The notes under the pieces were generated by a model, which saw nothing but the letters and a program-made list of their open reading frames with translations, was not told the DNA's origin and did no database searches. From Octopus sinensis (Eukaryota): a DNA stretch of 64,000 nt. The position numbers and the translations under genes were made by a program. The stretch is taken from the NCBI RefSeq assembly GCF_006345805.1, contig NC_043000.1, forward strand, positions 10,230,001 to 10,294,000. Direction: 5' to 3'. Shown here one piece after another: positions 12,486 to 25,002 of the stretch. The first letter of the stretch is position 1. Each line of letters opens with the position of its first letter.

Positions 12486-13299
12486 GTGTTTGTGTGTGAG
12501 TATGTATGTGTGTGTATGTATATATTTATATGTATTTATATCTATATATCAGTCCTCTCTCTCTCTCGCTTTATACACACACACACACGCACACAGATAC
12601 ACATATACACATGTCGGCCTTCCGAGCAGTGTACAGAATTTCACTCACAAGGTAATTGATCAACCCAAAGTTTGCTGAAAGAATCTGCTCCAGGTGGCGG
12701 TGCAGATGCGAGATGGCAGGGAAGATGCGGAAGAACATATTTGCGAATCGAATTTCTTAACTAGATGTCTGCGCCTAATGTATCACGACATAAATTCTTG
12801 AATGAAAAAAAAAAAAATTTAATCAAATTCTCCTAAATACTGAAGAAAAACAATCTCAATTTGATTTCTAGAAAACATATAACACTAACTACTCGCAGAC
12901 TTGCACCATCAATATAAAATAAACCAAAACGAACCAAACTATTACAAGAAGCTTTTTAAGCGGTCGCTCTAAATGAATTCAGTAGCAGCGGCAACTAACT
13001 TACTCCAGTAAAAGCTGACATAAAGATATACACATGTGGTAATATACTTCTACGAAAGAGATAATGTGTGAAAATAAAGATGGAAAGATCACCGCTAGGC
13101 CTTGTCTCATTATAAATCAACTGCACCAGCTTGGGTTAAAAAAATCAGTAACAATGACAAAGACGGCAGCGATGAGAACGAGAACAACAATAACAGCAAC
13201 CTTTAATACAAGTCATAGAAGATTTAGGAGAAAAAAAACTACAGAAAACAGTTGAAACATTCTTACACACGTACATACACACGCACGCTCATATAAACA

Positions 13300-13399
13300 T
13301 ACACATCTATCTATCTATTTACTATCTATCTATCTATATCTATCTAACTTTCTGCCTGTCTGTCTATTTTTTGTCTATCTATCTGTCTGTCTATCTATA

Positions 13400-13430
<31 letters not shown>

Positions 13431-13487
13431 ATATCTATCTATCTATCGATCTATCTATCTATCTATCCATCTATCTATCTATCTATC

Positions 13488-13526
<39 letters not shown>

Positions 13527-13587
13527 CATCTATCTTTCTGTCTGTCTATCTTTCTGTCTATCTATCTTTCTGTCTGTCTATCTTCTG

Positions 13588-13654
<67 letters not shown>

Positions 13655-13655
13655 C
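13300..13655. repeat. (TCTA)n array
   Basis: Direct sequence. Confidence 0.95.
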
Positions 13656-13699
13656 GTTACTCCCTCACCCCCTCCCTTCCTTCCTCACCCTCTCTCTAA

Positions 13700-14272
13700 T
13701 GACTGTGTGGTAAGATGTTTGCTTCCCAACCACAGGGTTCCGGGTTCAGTCCCACTGCGTGGCATCTTGGGGAAGTGTCTTCTACTATAGCCCCAGACCG
13801 ACCAAAGCCTTGTGAGTGGATTTGGTAGACAGAACTGAAAGGCGGTGTGCTGGCAGAAACGTTAGCACGCCGGGCGAAATAATTAGCGGTATTTCGTCTG
13901 CCGCTACGTTCTGAGTTCAAATTCCGCCGAGGTCGACTTTGCCTTTCATTCTTTCGGGGTCGATTAAATAAGTACCAGTTACGCACTGGGGTCGATATAA
14001 TCGACTTAATCCGTTTGTCTGTCCTTGTCTGTCTCCTCTGTGTGTAGCTCCTTGCGAGCAGTAAAGAAATAAGAAACTGAAAGAAACCCGTAGTATATAT
14101 GTTTGTGTGTGTGTGTGAGTGTGTCTTTGTATCTGTGTTTGTTCCACCACCACCGTTTGACAAGCGGTGCTGGTGTGTTTCCGGGGGTCGATACATTCGA
14201 CAAAAAAATCCTTCAAGGCGGTGTCCCAGCATGGTTCAGTGAAATGACTGAAAGAAGTTAAAGAATAAAAGA
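13700..14272 (+). mobile_element. Family-A SINE interrupted by a family-B SINE
   Basis: A head to 13841; A resumes at 14075 (AACTGAAAGAAACCCG). Confidence 0.85.
13842..14074 (+). mobile_element. Family-B SINE nested in family A
   Basis: TSD AACTGAAAG at 13833-13841 and 14075-14083. Confidence 0.88.
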
Positions 14273-14285
14273 TACACACACACAC

Positions 14286-14328
<43 letters not shown>

Positions 14329-14498
14329 TCACTCACTCACGTACATACTTACACACTGGCAGAATTCGGTGGCGCCAACGATACTGGACATGAATATAGA
14401 AGAGAATAGAGGTCTTTTTTAACTGCGTAAACTGAAGATTTTTCTCCAATAAAATTCCTCAACCCTAACCAGTCTTTTTTCCAAAACTAATTAATCGA

Positions 14499-14529
<31 letters not shown>

Positions 14530-15249
14530 AATATATATAACCCCCTCCCCCCCAAAACCCCCAGTAAACACGCATGTGCGGACACACACTCATTCACTTT
14601 CACACACATACACATCGCACATGCTGAAAATCTTTGTGTTAAAATTAACTGGTAAAGATAAAGATATGTTGATTACGTCAGGCTAATAATAAACGTGCTA
14701 AACTTGAACGACGTTCAATTGGAAATACACCTACTTTACGAAGAATATTTCCCACTTGGGAAATTGCCAATAATAACATGTATACAATCATTCAACCTTC
14801 TGGAAATTGGTATCCTTAAATCACATCCTACTGGCTTTTAAAAATTACGAAGGATACTTTGGATAATGTGGTTATAAATAGCTCTGGGCAAGGCAACCAT
14901 AACTAGAATGCTTTTGAGCATGCGTTTTTGCTCAATTAAAGTTGATTAAAGGCTTTAAGAAATTCTCTGTGTAGTCGCCAAGCCGGCTAAAAATAGAAAC
15001 CAAATCTCCTTTAAATCGCATTCTGCCTCATGTAAAAATTGAAGGTCACAACGGGTAATGTATTAGTACATATTTCTAGACACGTGGCTGTAGCTGGAAC
15101 GCAATTAATCTCAGGCTTTCTTAATTAACGCGGGGTTAAGCATCAACGACAATGATTAATGGAAGTGCAAATGAGAGACACTATAGGCAATCAGTCGGCC
15201 TTTTGTAGACATGCTTCAGAAAACATGCTGCATCTACTTAGACGATGCA

Positions 15250-15720
15250 ATTAGTAAAATCGATAAGAGTATCTTACCAGCATAATCGATGATTTGAAAT
15301 AATGTATCACGTGGTACCATACAAAGCTTTTGGTTGTCTCCACCAATCTAACTGAAAATGATCATTTCTAACATTAGAAATATCTTGAAGATCACCTGGC
15401 GTCACCACATTACAAACCGTGAAATCATGAAAAGAGGCCTAAGAAAAACTGCTTAGACGTCATTTCAGTTAGACAAAAGAAACTGCTTGACTGCGTATTG
15501 CGCTCACCGTTAGAGAGACCAGCAAAAACAGCTGTCGAGAGGACAATTGAAAAGGAAAGAAAAGGTGAAGCAGGCCGGTGAAGACGTGACAAAGGACTGT
15601 ACAGGAAGTCTTGATCTAAAAGGGTTACACCTGAGAAGAAGGGTGCAGTTTGGTTCAGAATGGTACTGCTTGGAGAATACTTATCGCTCGAGGCCGTTTG
15701 AGTGAAGGGAGATAACATTA
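15250..15720 (+). pseudogene. Decayed RTE-clade LINE 3' fragment
   Basis: Peptide remnants RNILKITWRHHITNREIMKR, LLDCVLRSPLERPAKTAVE and WRILIARGRLSEGR. Confidence 0.6.
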
Positions 15721-15748
15721 TTAACACACTTAATATTTAATGTTTAGT

Positions 15749-15958
15749 AAGGCGGCAACTTGGCAAAATCGTTAGCACCCCGGGCAAAATGCTTAGCAGC
15801 ATTTCGTCCGTCTTTACGTTCTGATTCTGCCAGGGTCGGATTTGCCTTTCATCCTTTCAGTATCAATAAAATAAGTACCAGTAGAAAACTGAGGATGATG
15901 TAATCGACGTACTCCCTCCTCCCAAAATTGCTAGCCTTGTGCTAAAATTTGAAACCAG
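15749..15958 (+). mobile_element. Older family-B-related SINE with alternative tail
   Basis: B-like head and centre, tail ..CCTTGTGCTAAAATTTGAAACC; TSD TATTTAATGTTTAGT at 15734-15748 and 15959-15973. Confidence 0.8.
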
Positions 15959-16904
15959 TATTTAATGTTTAGTCCTTAGACTGTCATTCCTCTGTCTTTT
16001 CTATTACAGCTCCTTAGATAATGTTAAATAAAGTCTGTGATTTGGACTTAATAAATCGATTCTTCTGGAAACGATGCGATGATCTTTCAGTATTGAAATC
16101 GGATTCAAGATATCCTAAGTTGATTGTAAAAATTACAAATCTGGAAACTGAATAACTAACTACACGAAAATGTAGATAACATAAACATTCTTTGTGTGTT
16201 AATCTTTTCAAAATAAGATCTGGCTAATCTGCTTCGACAGTAGTTCATTCGAGTGGTTAATTCGGTGTCTGTCAGTCAATTGGAAACGCCTGATGAGGCA
16301 GGAGAAATTTTACATTATACGAACCCTTATCTTTAATTTTATGTTTAGTATTTCTTTCTGGTTTGCAACGCCAGCAAAACTGTTGTCGTTGATGTTTTGT
16401 AGATTGCACCCAAGTGGAACAACCTGTTGAACATTTTTTTATAACTTTTTTATGCTTTCAAAATTGTCAATATTTTCAAAGTTGGAGATGTGTTCCTTGT
16501 TATCTCCATTGTGGCTGATACCCCTTCACACTTCTCTTAAAGGAAGCTGTATTAAATCACTGGTAAATAATGTTTGCAAGGCATAAAAGAAATATCCAAA
16601 GACGAAAATTGTTTCCCCACACTCAACAAGGTAATGTGGTAAATCCTCAAATGTTTTAAGACCCTTTCTTAGCGAAATCAGTCACCAAATAAAGCACAGC
16701 AATTGCCATTTTCTCTTGAGCTCTGTTTCAGATGTCGGCTTACGGTTTACCACTGCAATAGCAGCAACGGCAATAATAAAAATATTAATGGTTTCGGGAA
16801 GGGGGTTAATGGATTACATCGACCCCAGTGCCCAACTGGAACTTATTTTATCGAACCACAAAGGACGAAATGCAATATCGACATCTTAAGAATTCGAACA
16901 CTGG

Positions 16905-17115
16905 ACGTAATGAATAATTGCGACCATAAGATAGAAAATAGGAAGCCAGATATAGTGTTAATTGAGAAAGAAAGCAAACGATGCTGGATCATAGACATAC
17001 CATGCTCATCTGACAAGGTATGCGATAAGGAAGAAAGAAAAGTCGATAGATATGACAGGTTCGCTTGGGAGGTTAAGCAGTTATGGTCAATGAAAATGGT
17101 GGTTGTAGTACCAAT
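16905..17115 (+). pseudogene. Restriction-like endonuclease fragment of an R4/Dong-type non-LTR retrotransposon
   Basis: NNCDHKIENRKPDIVLIEKESKRCWIIDI..KEERKVDRY..VVVVPIAVG matches the PD-(D/E)xK RLE domain of R2-group elements. Confidence 0.8.
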
Positions 17116-17267
17116 AGCTGTCGGACAAACAAGGACAGACAGAAGTAGCTTTTACGAATGAATTGAAATTATCATGAAGATTTTTAAAAAAATTTATAAA
17201 AATATTGATAGACATATTACACAATGTGGTGCCTGAAGGAAAAACGTCAAACCACCTATGCTTTTTT

Positions 17268-17687
17268 CCGGGGCTCCATTTACTTGGTGCCAATCACTTT
17301 TCGGTGAAAATTTTCGAAAAATTTTGGGTAAAATTTTCGAAAAATTTTTGGGTAAAATTTTCGGTGAAAATTTTTGTGGAAAATTTTCCGAAAATTTTAC
17401 CCAAAGATTTTTCGAAAATTTTCACCGAAAATTTCCCCCAAAATTTTCACCGAAAAGTGATTGGCACCAAGTAAATGGAGCCCCGGTGAAAATTTTTGTG
17501 GAAAATTTTGGTGAAAATTTTCGGTGAAATTTTTCGAAAAATTTTTGGGCAAAATTTTCGGTTAAAATTTTTGGGGGAAATTTTCGGTGAAAATTTTAGA
17601 AAAATTTATGGGCAAAATTTTCGGTGAAAATTTTGTTGAAAAGTTTTGGGGGAAATTTTCGGTGAAAATTTTCGAAAAATTTTTGGG
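17268..17687. repeat. 219-bp foldback palindrome plus an adjoining ~10-bp-period GAAAATTTTC minisatellite
   Basis: CCGGGGCTCCATTTACTTGGTGCCAATCACTTTTCGGTGAAAATTTT at 17268 is matched by its reverse complement ending at 17486; the array continues to ~17687. Confidence 0.9.
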
Positions 17688-17699
17688 AACAGTTGGTAA

Positions 17700-18757
17700 A
17701 ATGGAACAAATAGGGGGCTGCAATAAGGGTGGACCGCTTGCAGAAAACAGCACTACTTGGAACCGCTCGAATACTCCACTTTCACTCCACTCCACACCTT
17801 TGTTTGCCATCCAACTCGATCCGAAGCAAGGATTTCTATGACCTTTGGTTTCATTCCAAGTGACTTCATGGTAGTCCTTATGCCGTCCTTAAACCTCTTT
17901 TTAGCTTTACACTGATTGCGTTTTCCTTCTGCAAGCTTGCCATAAAACAGTTGTTTGGGTGCGCGTTCATCCGCTATTCGAACAATGTGGCCAGAACATC
18001 TTATTTGGCTTTTCAGAATCATTGATTTAATTGAAGTGATGCCTGCAGAAGTGATGTCTGGAGTAAAAACACTCCATTTAATGTTTAAAATGCGGCAAAG
18101 GCATTTTTGGTGGAATCGTTCTAACAATTTGAAATGTCTTTCATAACACGCCCTTGTTTCAGAAAAATACAACAGTGATGATATAACAAACGATTTATAA
18201 AGATCCAATTTTGTGTTGTTATTTATATGTCGTTGGTGCCAAACACGTGACTCCAAACAACCAAATACTTGTGCTGCCCTTTTATACAGAGCTTCCAAGG
18301 CAGATGAAAGACTCAACAACCTCAAGTAATTTACCCTTAGCGAAATTTTTAGTAGAGTTGCAAACAGCATCACGTACAGATTGATACATTACAATTGTTT
18401 TCAAGTTGATGGTCCAGCCAAAATCATCACAAGCTGAATCAAATGCAGATACAAGAGATTGCAGGTCCGTTTCAGAGTGACTGACTTGACTGCAATCGTC
18501 AGCGTATAAGCGTTCCCTAATGAGTGACGTAAAATCCTTTGGCTTTGAATTTCAGTCTGGTCAGATCAAAAACCTTCCCTGTTGTTAGATATTTTATGTA
18601 AATACCCACTTCAGAGTTTTGAAAAGCGTGTAACAGTACAACAGCAAAGTATATTGCAAAGAAGGTGGGTGCATCAAGGTCTCTTTGCTTTACTCCATTT
18701 CCACGGCATTTATCTTGATGAAAAGCTCTGATCATGTTTACAAATTTTTCTGGGCAA
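17700..18757 (-). pseudogene. 5'-truncated, decayed RTE (BovB-like) LINE
   Basis: CPEKFVNMIRAFH, GVKQ..APTFF, LYKSFVISSLLY..ET, RFHQKCLCRILNIKW, RCSGHIVRIADERAPKQLFYGKL, KKRFKD. Confidence 0.88.
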
Positions 18758-18999
18758 CCTATTTTCCTTAGAATTATCCACAGAGTATTTCGATTAATAG
18801 TATCGAATGCCTTGCTTTAATCAACAAAGCAATGGTATAGTGCAAGTTTCTGTTCAATGCATTTTTCCTAAAATTGTCCGATAGTAAATATATATACATA
18901 CATATGTACATACATATATACATGTATATATGTACAAACACGCACACACACGCACACACACATATATATACATACACACATATATATACATACACACAC

Positions 19000-19042
<43 letters not shown>

Positions 19043-19054
19043 CACACATATATA

Positions 19055-19088
<34 letters not shown>

Positions 19089-19093
19089 CATAC

Positions 19094-19385
19094 ATACATA
19101 CATACATACATACAAGGCTTGCTCTTCCTTCCGTAAAAGAAAAAATTCAAATCAGACCATGTTAACACCAAAAATTATTAACATCAAAAAGGTGCTTTTT
19201 TTCTATGAAAATCCCTATTTTTTACGATTTTTTGACTGCTGTTTCACCATTATTCGGTGCATTTCAACCAGAAAATGTTCACTTAAAGAGAATAGCAAGC
19301 TACATAATGCAAAATTTTTACTTTCTAAAAATTCCAATTCTAAAGGGTCGAAACAAACCAGAGCAACGCCCGGCGATACTGCTAG
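19094..19385 (+). mobile_element. Non-autonomous Helitron 3' portion (subfamily 2)
   Basis: Ends ..AGAGCAACGCCCGGCGATACTGCTAG followed by T; homologous to 50860-51120. Confidence 0.75.
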
Positions 19386-19844
19386 TATATAAATAAAAGA
19401 GAGGAAGGGCGGGTAAAGAAAAACACGGGGAGAGAATATATGTTGCTAGTATCAGCGTTTGATTTAATCCATCAGCAGTTCGTGACGTAGGCGAACCAAT
19501 AATTCAAATAACGCCTTATACTATGCTTAGGACATAGTCTCCAATTGTTTATAACTATCATGTAATATCAGACACGAACCAAAGTGATGACATTCTGCTG
19601 GTGGACTTCGTTAGTAAAATCGATTTGGTATCATTTATCTTTTAATTGAAGGGCTTCTAGTGGAACAAATCGATCTAATTACTTATTTCGAAAGTCTAGT
19701 ACTTAATCTCTCATTTATAAAAACAAATTATTCATTTTTATTTAGTTGAACCGATAAGTTACAGTGATGTAAAGGGACAAAGAGACCAACACCAGTTGTT
19801 TGATGTGGCGTGGATAAACACTTATGTAGCTATATTGTTTGTTC

Positions 19845-20120
19845 CTTCTCATAAGGGCCGGTTTCCCGGTTTCCTTGGCGTATAGGTTCCTCACCTAGAC
19901 GGGACGCCGGTCCATCGCAAGTGAGCTGCAAGATGCAGGAGGAAAGAGTGAGAGAAAGTTGTGGCGAAAGAGTCAGCAGAAGTTTGCCATTACCTTCTGC
20001 TGGAGCCGTGTGGAGCTTAGATGTTTCGCTCATAAACACACACATCGTCCGGTCTGAGATTCGAACCCGCGATCCCTCGACCGCGAGTCCGCTGCTCTAA
20101 CTTCTAGGCCATGTGCCTCC
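19845..20120 (-). mobile_element. tRNA-derived SINE, head C + tail 2 (V-domain-like)
   Basis: Head as in 40908 up to CACAACTTTCTCTCACTC, then GCGATGGACCGGCGTCCCGTCTAGG..GGAAACCGGGAAACCGG. Confidence 0.82.
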
Positions 20121-20261
20121 GCATACATCTATATAGTTGATTATATAACTCCTGTTCTTTTGTCATTTTAAACATTTCATATTGCGCCCTTTACTCATCT
20201 GTTTACTCAGCATGTATACTGAGCTCTAACAGTACATTATTAGTATTGTTATGCTTAAGCG

Positions 20262-20402
20262 TAACATTGGCTGAAGTTTGCTTCCAAATCACATGGTTCT
20301 GGGTTCAGTCCCATTGCATGTCCCCTTGGACAAGTGTCTTCTACTATAGCCTTGGGATGACCTTGTGAGTGGATTTGGTGGACGGAAACTGAAAGAAGCC
20401 CG

Positions 20403-20447
<45 letters not shown>

Positions 20448-20725
20448 TATATATATATATATATATATACATACACACATACACACACACTCAAACACAC
20501 GCACACATATCACACACACACGCACACGCATATCACTATGTGTGTGTGTGTGTGTGTGTTTTTGTGTCAGTGTCTGACTCCGCCCATCACTGCTTGACAG
20601 CAGTTGTTGGTGTGTTTATGTAAGCGTAAGTTAGTGGTTCGACAAAAGCGACTTTTAGAATAACGGCTTTAAAGAAATAAGTACTCGGGTTGATTCATTC
20701 GTCTAAAAGTTCTCCAAGGCGATGC
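20262..20725 (+). mobile_element. Diverged family-A SINE
   Basis: Recognisable head, GAAACTGAAAGAAGCCCGTC, microsatellite and degenerate 3' half. Confidence 0.75.
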
Positions 20726-20779
20726 TTTCTGGTTACTTTCTTGTCTGTAATATATATATATGTTTATATCTTACAGATA

Positions 20780-21240
20780 AGAAAGTAAATTTGGAACGTA
20801 GCATGCATAGTCTTCTGCTCATATAGGCTCATCCTTTCATCTGATGATACGTTACGGTACAGCCGTGCGACTTCTTTGGGCATGTATTCTAGCTTATCAA
20901 ACAAAGAGTGTTGCTCAAGGAGCTGCCTTCCAAGTCTTATGATGTTATGAACCTAATGTTTGCAAACTTAATAAAAGGATGCACTTCAACTTCTTGGTAG
21001 TTAGAAGGTGTTGCTGAAGGGATATGATGCGACACTGAAAGGCATTTTGGATCGATGTTAAGCGTCTGCTGCCTTGTTTTCGTTTAATTGGGGACGGTCT
21101 AAGTCACTGTTTATGTAGAAATTATTTGTGCTTGCTAGTATTTTTAGGGTTTTCACATCAGCGGTTCGGATCTCATCAAGCGTCCAATGAAGCAGCCAAA
21201 TGTTGATATAAGTACTGGCACTGCAAATGCATTGTGGGCC
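20780..21240 (-). pseudogene. Internal fragment of the R4/Dong-like family also present at 58540-60110
   Basis: Reverse complement aligns by eye with ~58640-59080; peptide WLLHWTLDEIRTADVKTLKILASTNNFYINSDLDR. Confidence 0.82.
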
Positions 21241-21532
21241 ACACACACACACACAACACACACACACACACACAACACCACAACACATATATAATTATAT
21301 ATATATATTATATTATATATATATATAATATATTATATATTAATTATAATTAGGGTTCAAAACATTTGCTCACCACATAACGAAATTAGAAATAGCAGCC
21401 CAAAACTAGCTATTTCTCTACCATAAGAGAATCTGCCAGACAACAATACTCAACAACCCACGTAGGCAAAGAGAAAAAAATAACGAATTCCCCTGGCTTT
21501 GATTAACTGTAAACGCGTTTCGGAGTTAGATA

Positions 21533-22041
21533 CGAGGGGCGTTCAATAAGTAATGCCCCTGACCCACTTCCCATAGCAGTAGAGCAGCGACACTTGGCAC
21601 AGTTATTAGTCATTTCCTACATAGGAACTACCCAGAGTTATGCATTTCTCCCATCGTTTGATATAGCTCTGGAGACCGTTTTTGTAGAAGACCCCAGCTT
21701 GGTCCTCCAACCACCACGTGACTTCAGAAATCAAGGCTGCATCATCTGGGAAACGCTTTCCTTTCAAAATCAACTTCATGGCTGGGAAGAGGTGAAAATC
21801 AGAGGGTGGCAAGGGAGGGGTTCATAGCTGCAACGCCTGTGCTTTGATCTGGCGACACGCGAGTTGTGGACCGGAGCGTTGTCCTGCAGGAGGAGGATGG
21901 CTTTGCTGACTTTGCCCACCTCTTGATTTTGATAGCTTCTCTTAATTTCCTCAAAAGTGAAGCATAATAGGCTCCTGTAATTGTGGTACCCTTTGCCAGG
22001 AAATCTGTCATCACTACTCCGTCCTGGTCCCAGAAGACTGT
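21533..22041 (-). mobile_element. Inverted copy of the 3' ~510 bp of the adjacent mariner
   Basis: Starts TA|CGAGGGGCGTTCAATAAGTAATGCCCCTGACCCAC; reverse complement of 22796-23301. Confidence 0.92.
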
Positions 22042-22048
22042 ATATATA

Positions 22049-23301
22049 CGAGGGGCGTTCAATAAGTAATGCCCCTGACCCACTTGCAGTTGTTGGATCT
22101 AGCTGAAATTTTGCATGTGCACTTATTTATACCTCCATAGAGGTATAAATTATAGCTCTGAACTAATTGTGGTTTCTGATTTACAGGTGTTTGAACTGAG
22201 TCAAGTGTGAAATGGAGCCTGTTGAGTGTCGAGCAGTGATCTGGTTTTTGTATTTGAAAGGACGCACACCACGGGAGACTTTTGATGAAATGAAAGTAAC
22301 TTATGTGATGATGCCCCCCATATGACCTTGTAAAACGCTGGCATTGTGAATTCAAACATAGTCGGAACTCTGTAGAAAACCAGCTCCCAGATCTGGTCGC
22401 CCCCTTCTGCCGTGATGAGACGTCTGTCCGTCAAGTTGAGGCTGCCATTTTGGAAGGTCAACGCTAATTATTCGCCAAATAGCCCATAGGTCAAGATTAG
22501 TACGGGTTGTGGAAACTATCAGTCATGACCATTTGCATATGCAAAAGGTGTCTGCCAGATGGATTTCCAGGTTGCTCACACCTTTCCAGAAGCAAGAACG
22601 CGTTGAGTGCTCGAGGATGAATTTGGAGATGTGCCAAAAGATGAGTCAAATGTTTCAAAGACTGATCACACAGGATAACCTGGTCCATCACTATGTCCAT
22701 AGACCAAAGCCCAGTCAATGCAGTGTGACAGCACCGTGACTCACCTCCTCCAAAGAAGGCAAGGGTTGCAGCCCTCCGCTGACAAGGTTATGCTCACAGT
22801 CTTCTGGGACCAGGACGGAGTAGTGATGACAGATTTCCTGGCAAAGGGTACCACAATTACAGGAGCCTATTAAGCTTCACTTTTGAGGAAATTAAGAGAA
22901 GCTATCAAAATCAAGAGGAGGGGCAAGATCAGCAAAGGTATCCTCCTCCTGCAGGACAACGCTCCGGTCCACAACTCGCGTGTCGCCAGATCAGAAGCAC
23001 AGGCGTGCAGCTATGAACTCCTCCCCTGCCACCCTCTGATTTTCACCTCTTCCCAGCCATGAAGTTGATTTTGAAAGGAAAGCGTTTCCAGATGATGCAG
23101 CCTTGATTTCTGAAGTCCCGTGTGTGGTGGAGGACCAAGCTGGGGTCTTCTACAAAAACGGTCTCCAGAGCTGTATCAAACGATGGGAGAAATGCATAAC
23201 TGAGTAGTTCCTATGTAGGAAAAGACAATAACTGTGCCAAGTGTCGTTGCTCTACTGCTATGGGAAGTGGGTCAGGGGCATTACTTATTGAACGCCCCTC
23301 G
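22049..23301 (+). mobile_element. Full-length decayed mariner (TIR resembles Hsmar2/irritans type)
   Basis: TIRs CGAGGGGCGTTCAATAAGTAATGCCCCTGACCCAC at 22049 and inverted ending at 23301, each flanked by TA. Confidence 0.93.
22212..23230 (+). pseudogene. Mariner transposase pseudogene
   Basis: MEPVECRAVIWFLYLKG, KVSARWISRLLT, VFWDQDGVVMTDFL, LLLQDNAPVH, SDFHLFP, IKRWEKCI; multiple frameshifts. Confidence 0.9.
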
Positions 23302-23725
23302 TATGAGAATACGAGAAGGGAGAATACGAGATCTCATTCGTTTGTTTGAATTCGGAAGTACTGGTCATTGGATGAAGCTTGTCTAATGTCGTTTGATCAG
23401 ATAAGGTATGTTCAATTTTTTTACAGTGTTCTCAAATTTAAAATCTTGAAATACTGTACTGAAGAGCGAGAATGATGGAGTGGAAAAGTGGTTTTCATAT
23501 CTAGAGGACACTAGACCAAGGTTCCGTACAGTGGGACTGAACCCGAAATCACATGTTTACAAGCCGACCTTTTTAATTTTACAGTCATTAAGTTTTGGTT
23601 ATATCTTCAACTTAGCATAAGGAAACAATCTAGAACCTACATCTCAATAATCGCCAATGAGACATAGACATCTATTACGATATATCGTCTTTCGTAAATA
23701 TCTAAGTATTTTGTGTGTTGTGTAG

Positions 23726-23760
<35 letters not shown>

Positions 23761-23841
23761 ATATATAATATATTTGTTGATATTCTACGAAAATAAGAGA
23801 CAGTGAAGTAAATAATTGAAGATGATAGTTCGGGAGATATC

Positions 23842-23894
<53 letters not shown>

Positions 23895-24197
23895 TGAGAG
23901 AGTTATAGTAATGAGAATAATTCACGTAGCAAAGGTCATTTTACTACGATCTAAAAAAATATGTTGATCACAAGAGATCCATAATGCAAGAAATTCAAAA
24001 TCTAAGAACAGTATAAAAATAGCAACATTGAATATAGTCTGTATAGAAACTGAAAGCACAAAGGAAATGTGTACGTTCTTTTATCTTTTATTTCTTATAT
24101 TTTTACTCATTCGACGGCGACCATAATGGAACACCGAGCTGAAAGCTTTTAGCTGGAGAATTCGACTCCAGTACTTGTGTGAGTTTTTAATTTTTTA

Positions 24198-24592
24198 CTA
24201 GCAGTATCGCCCGGCGTTGCTCGGGTTTGTAAGGGAAATAACTATATAACATTTTTAGAGAGTTATAGCCAAAGAATAGCAAAAAATGCATTAAAAATGG
24301 AAAAAAATTATGGTAATTTTTTTTTTTTATCGTTGACTCATCGTAGACATTTTTAGAGAGTTACTTCCCTTATATCATAGCGAAAAAAATGCATTAAAAT
24401 GGAAAAAAATTATGGTAATTTTTTTTCAAATCGCAGACTCATCGTAGACGCGCGCTAATACCCAGAAGGGCTCGATATGAATCACGACTATAAGATACCC
24501 GCTTTTGATTAAACTGCACCGCAAAATGTGGGAGTAGTTAGGAATCTAAATCGTAGGAGACAGACACACAACTTCTCTTTTATATATAAAGA
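24198..24592 (-). mobile_element. Non-autonomous Helitron (subfamily 1)
   Basis: Minus strand A|TCTTTATATATAAAAG...ACAAACCCGAGCAACGCCGGGCGATACTGCTAG|T; internal tandem duplication; no TSD. Confidence 0.85.
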
Positions 24593-24770
24593 TTTTTGGT
24601 ACTTATCCCAACGAAATGTTTTGTCGCACTGCTAAGTTATGGTAACACAAACAAGACAAATTAGCCGGTTGTTAAGCTATATCAGAGAGACACACACTCA
24701 CACACACACACGCACGCACGCACTCACGCACAAACAGAGTGACGCATTCACACACATTTATATTCGACGG

Positions 24771-24998
24771 CGAGCTGGCAGAAACGTTAGCACGCCGGGC
24801 GAAATGCGTAACCGTACTTCGCCTGCTGTTACGTTCTGAGTTCAAATTCCGCCGAGGTCGACTTTACCTTTCATCCTTTCGGGGTCTATAAATTAAGTAC
24901 CAGTTTCGCACGCACTGGGGTTAATATAATCAACGTAACCCGTTTGTCTCTCCTTGTTTGTCCCCTCTGTGTTTAGCCCCTTGTGAGTAGTAAAGGAA
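24771..24998 (+). mobile_element. Family-B SINE inserted in an old antisense family-A element
   Basis: TSD TATATTCGACGG at 24759-24770 and 25391-25402 encloses this copy and the following SINE. Confidence 0.87.
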
Positions 24999-25002
24999 TA
25001 TA

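Noticed and set aside
16285-16330. CTGATGAG motif as a hammerhead core
   Set aside because: No helix II closing onto a GAAA and no helix I partner could be built.
17268-17687. Regularly spaced short repeats as a CRISPR-like array
   Set aside because: No unique spacers, eukaryotic context and no cas genes; it is a minisatellite/foldback.
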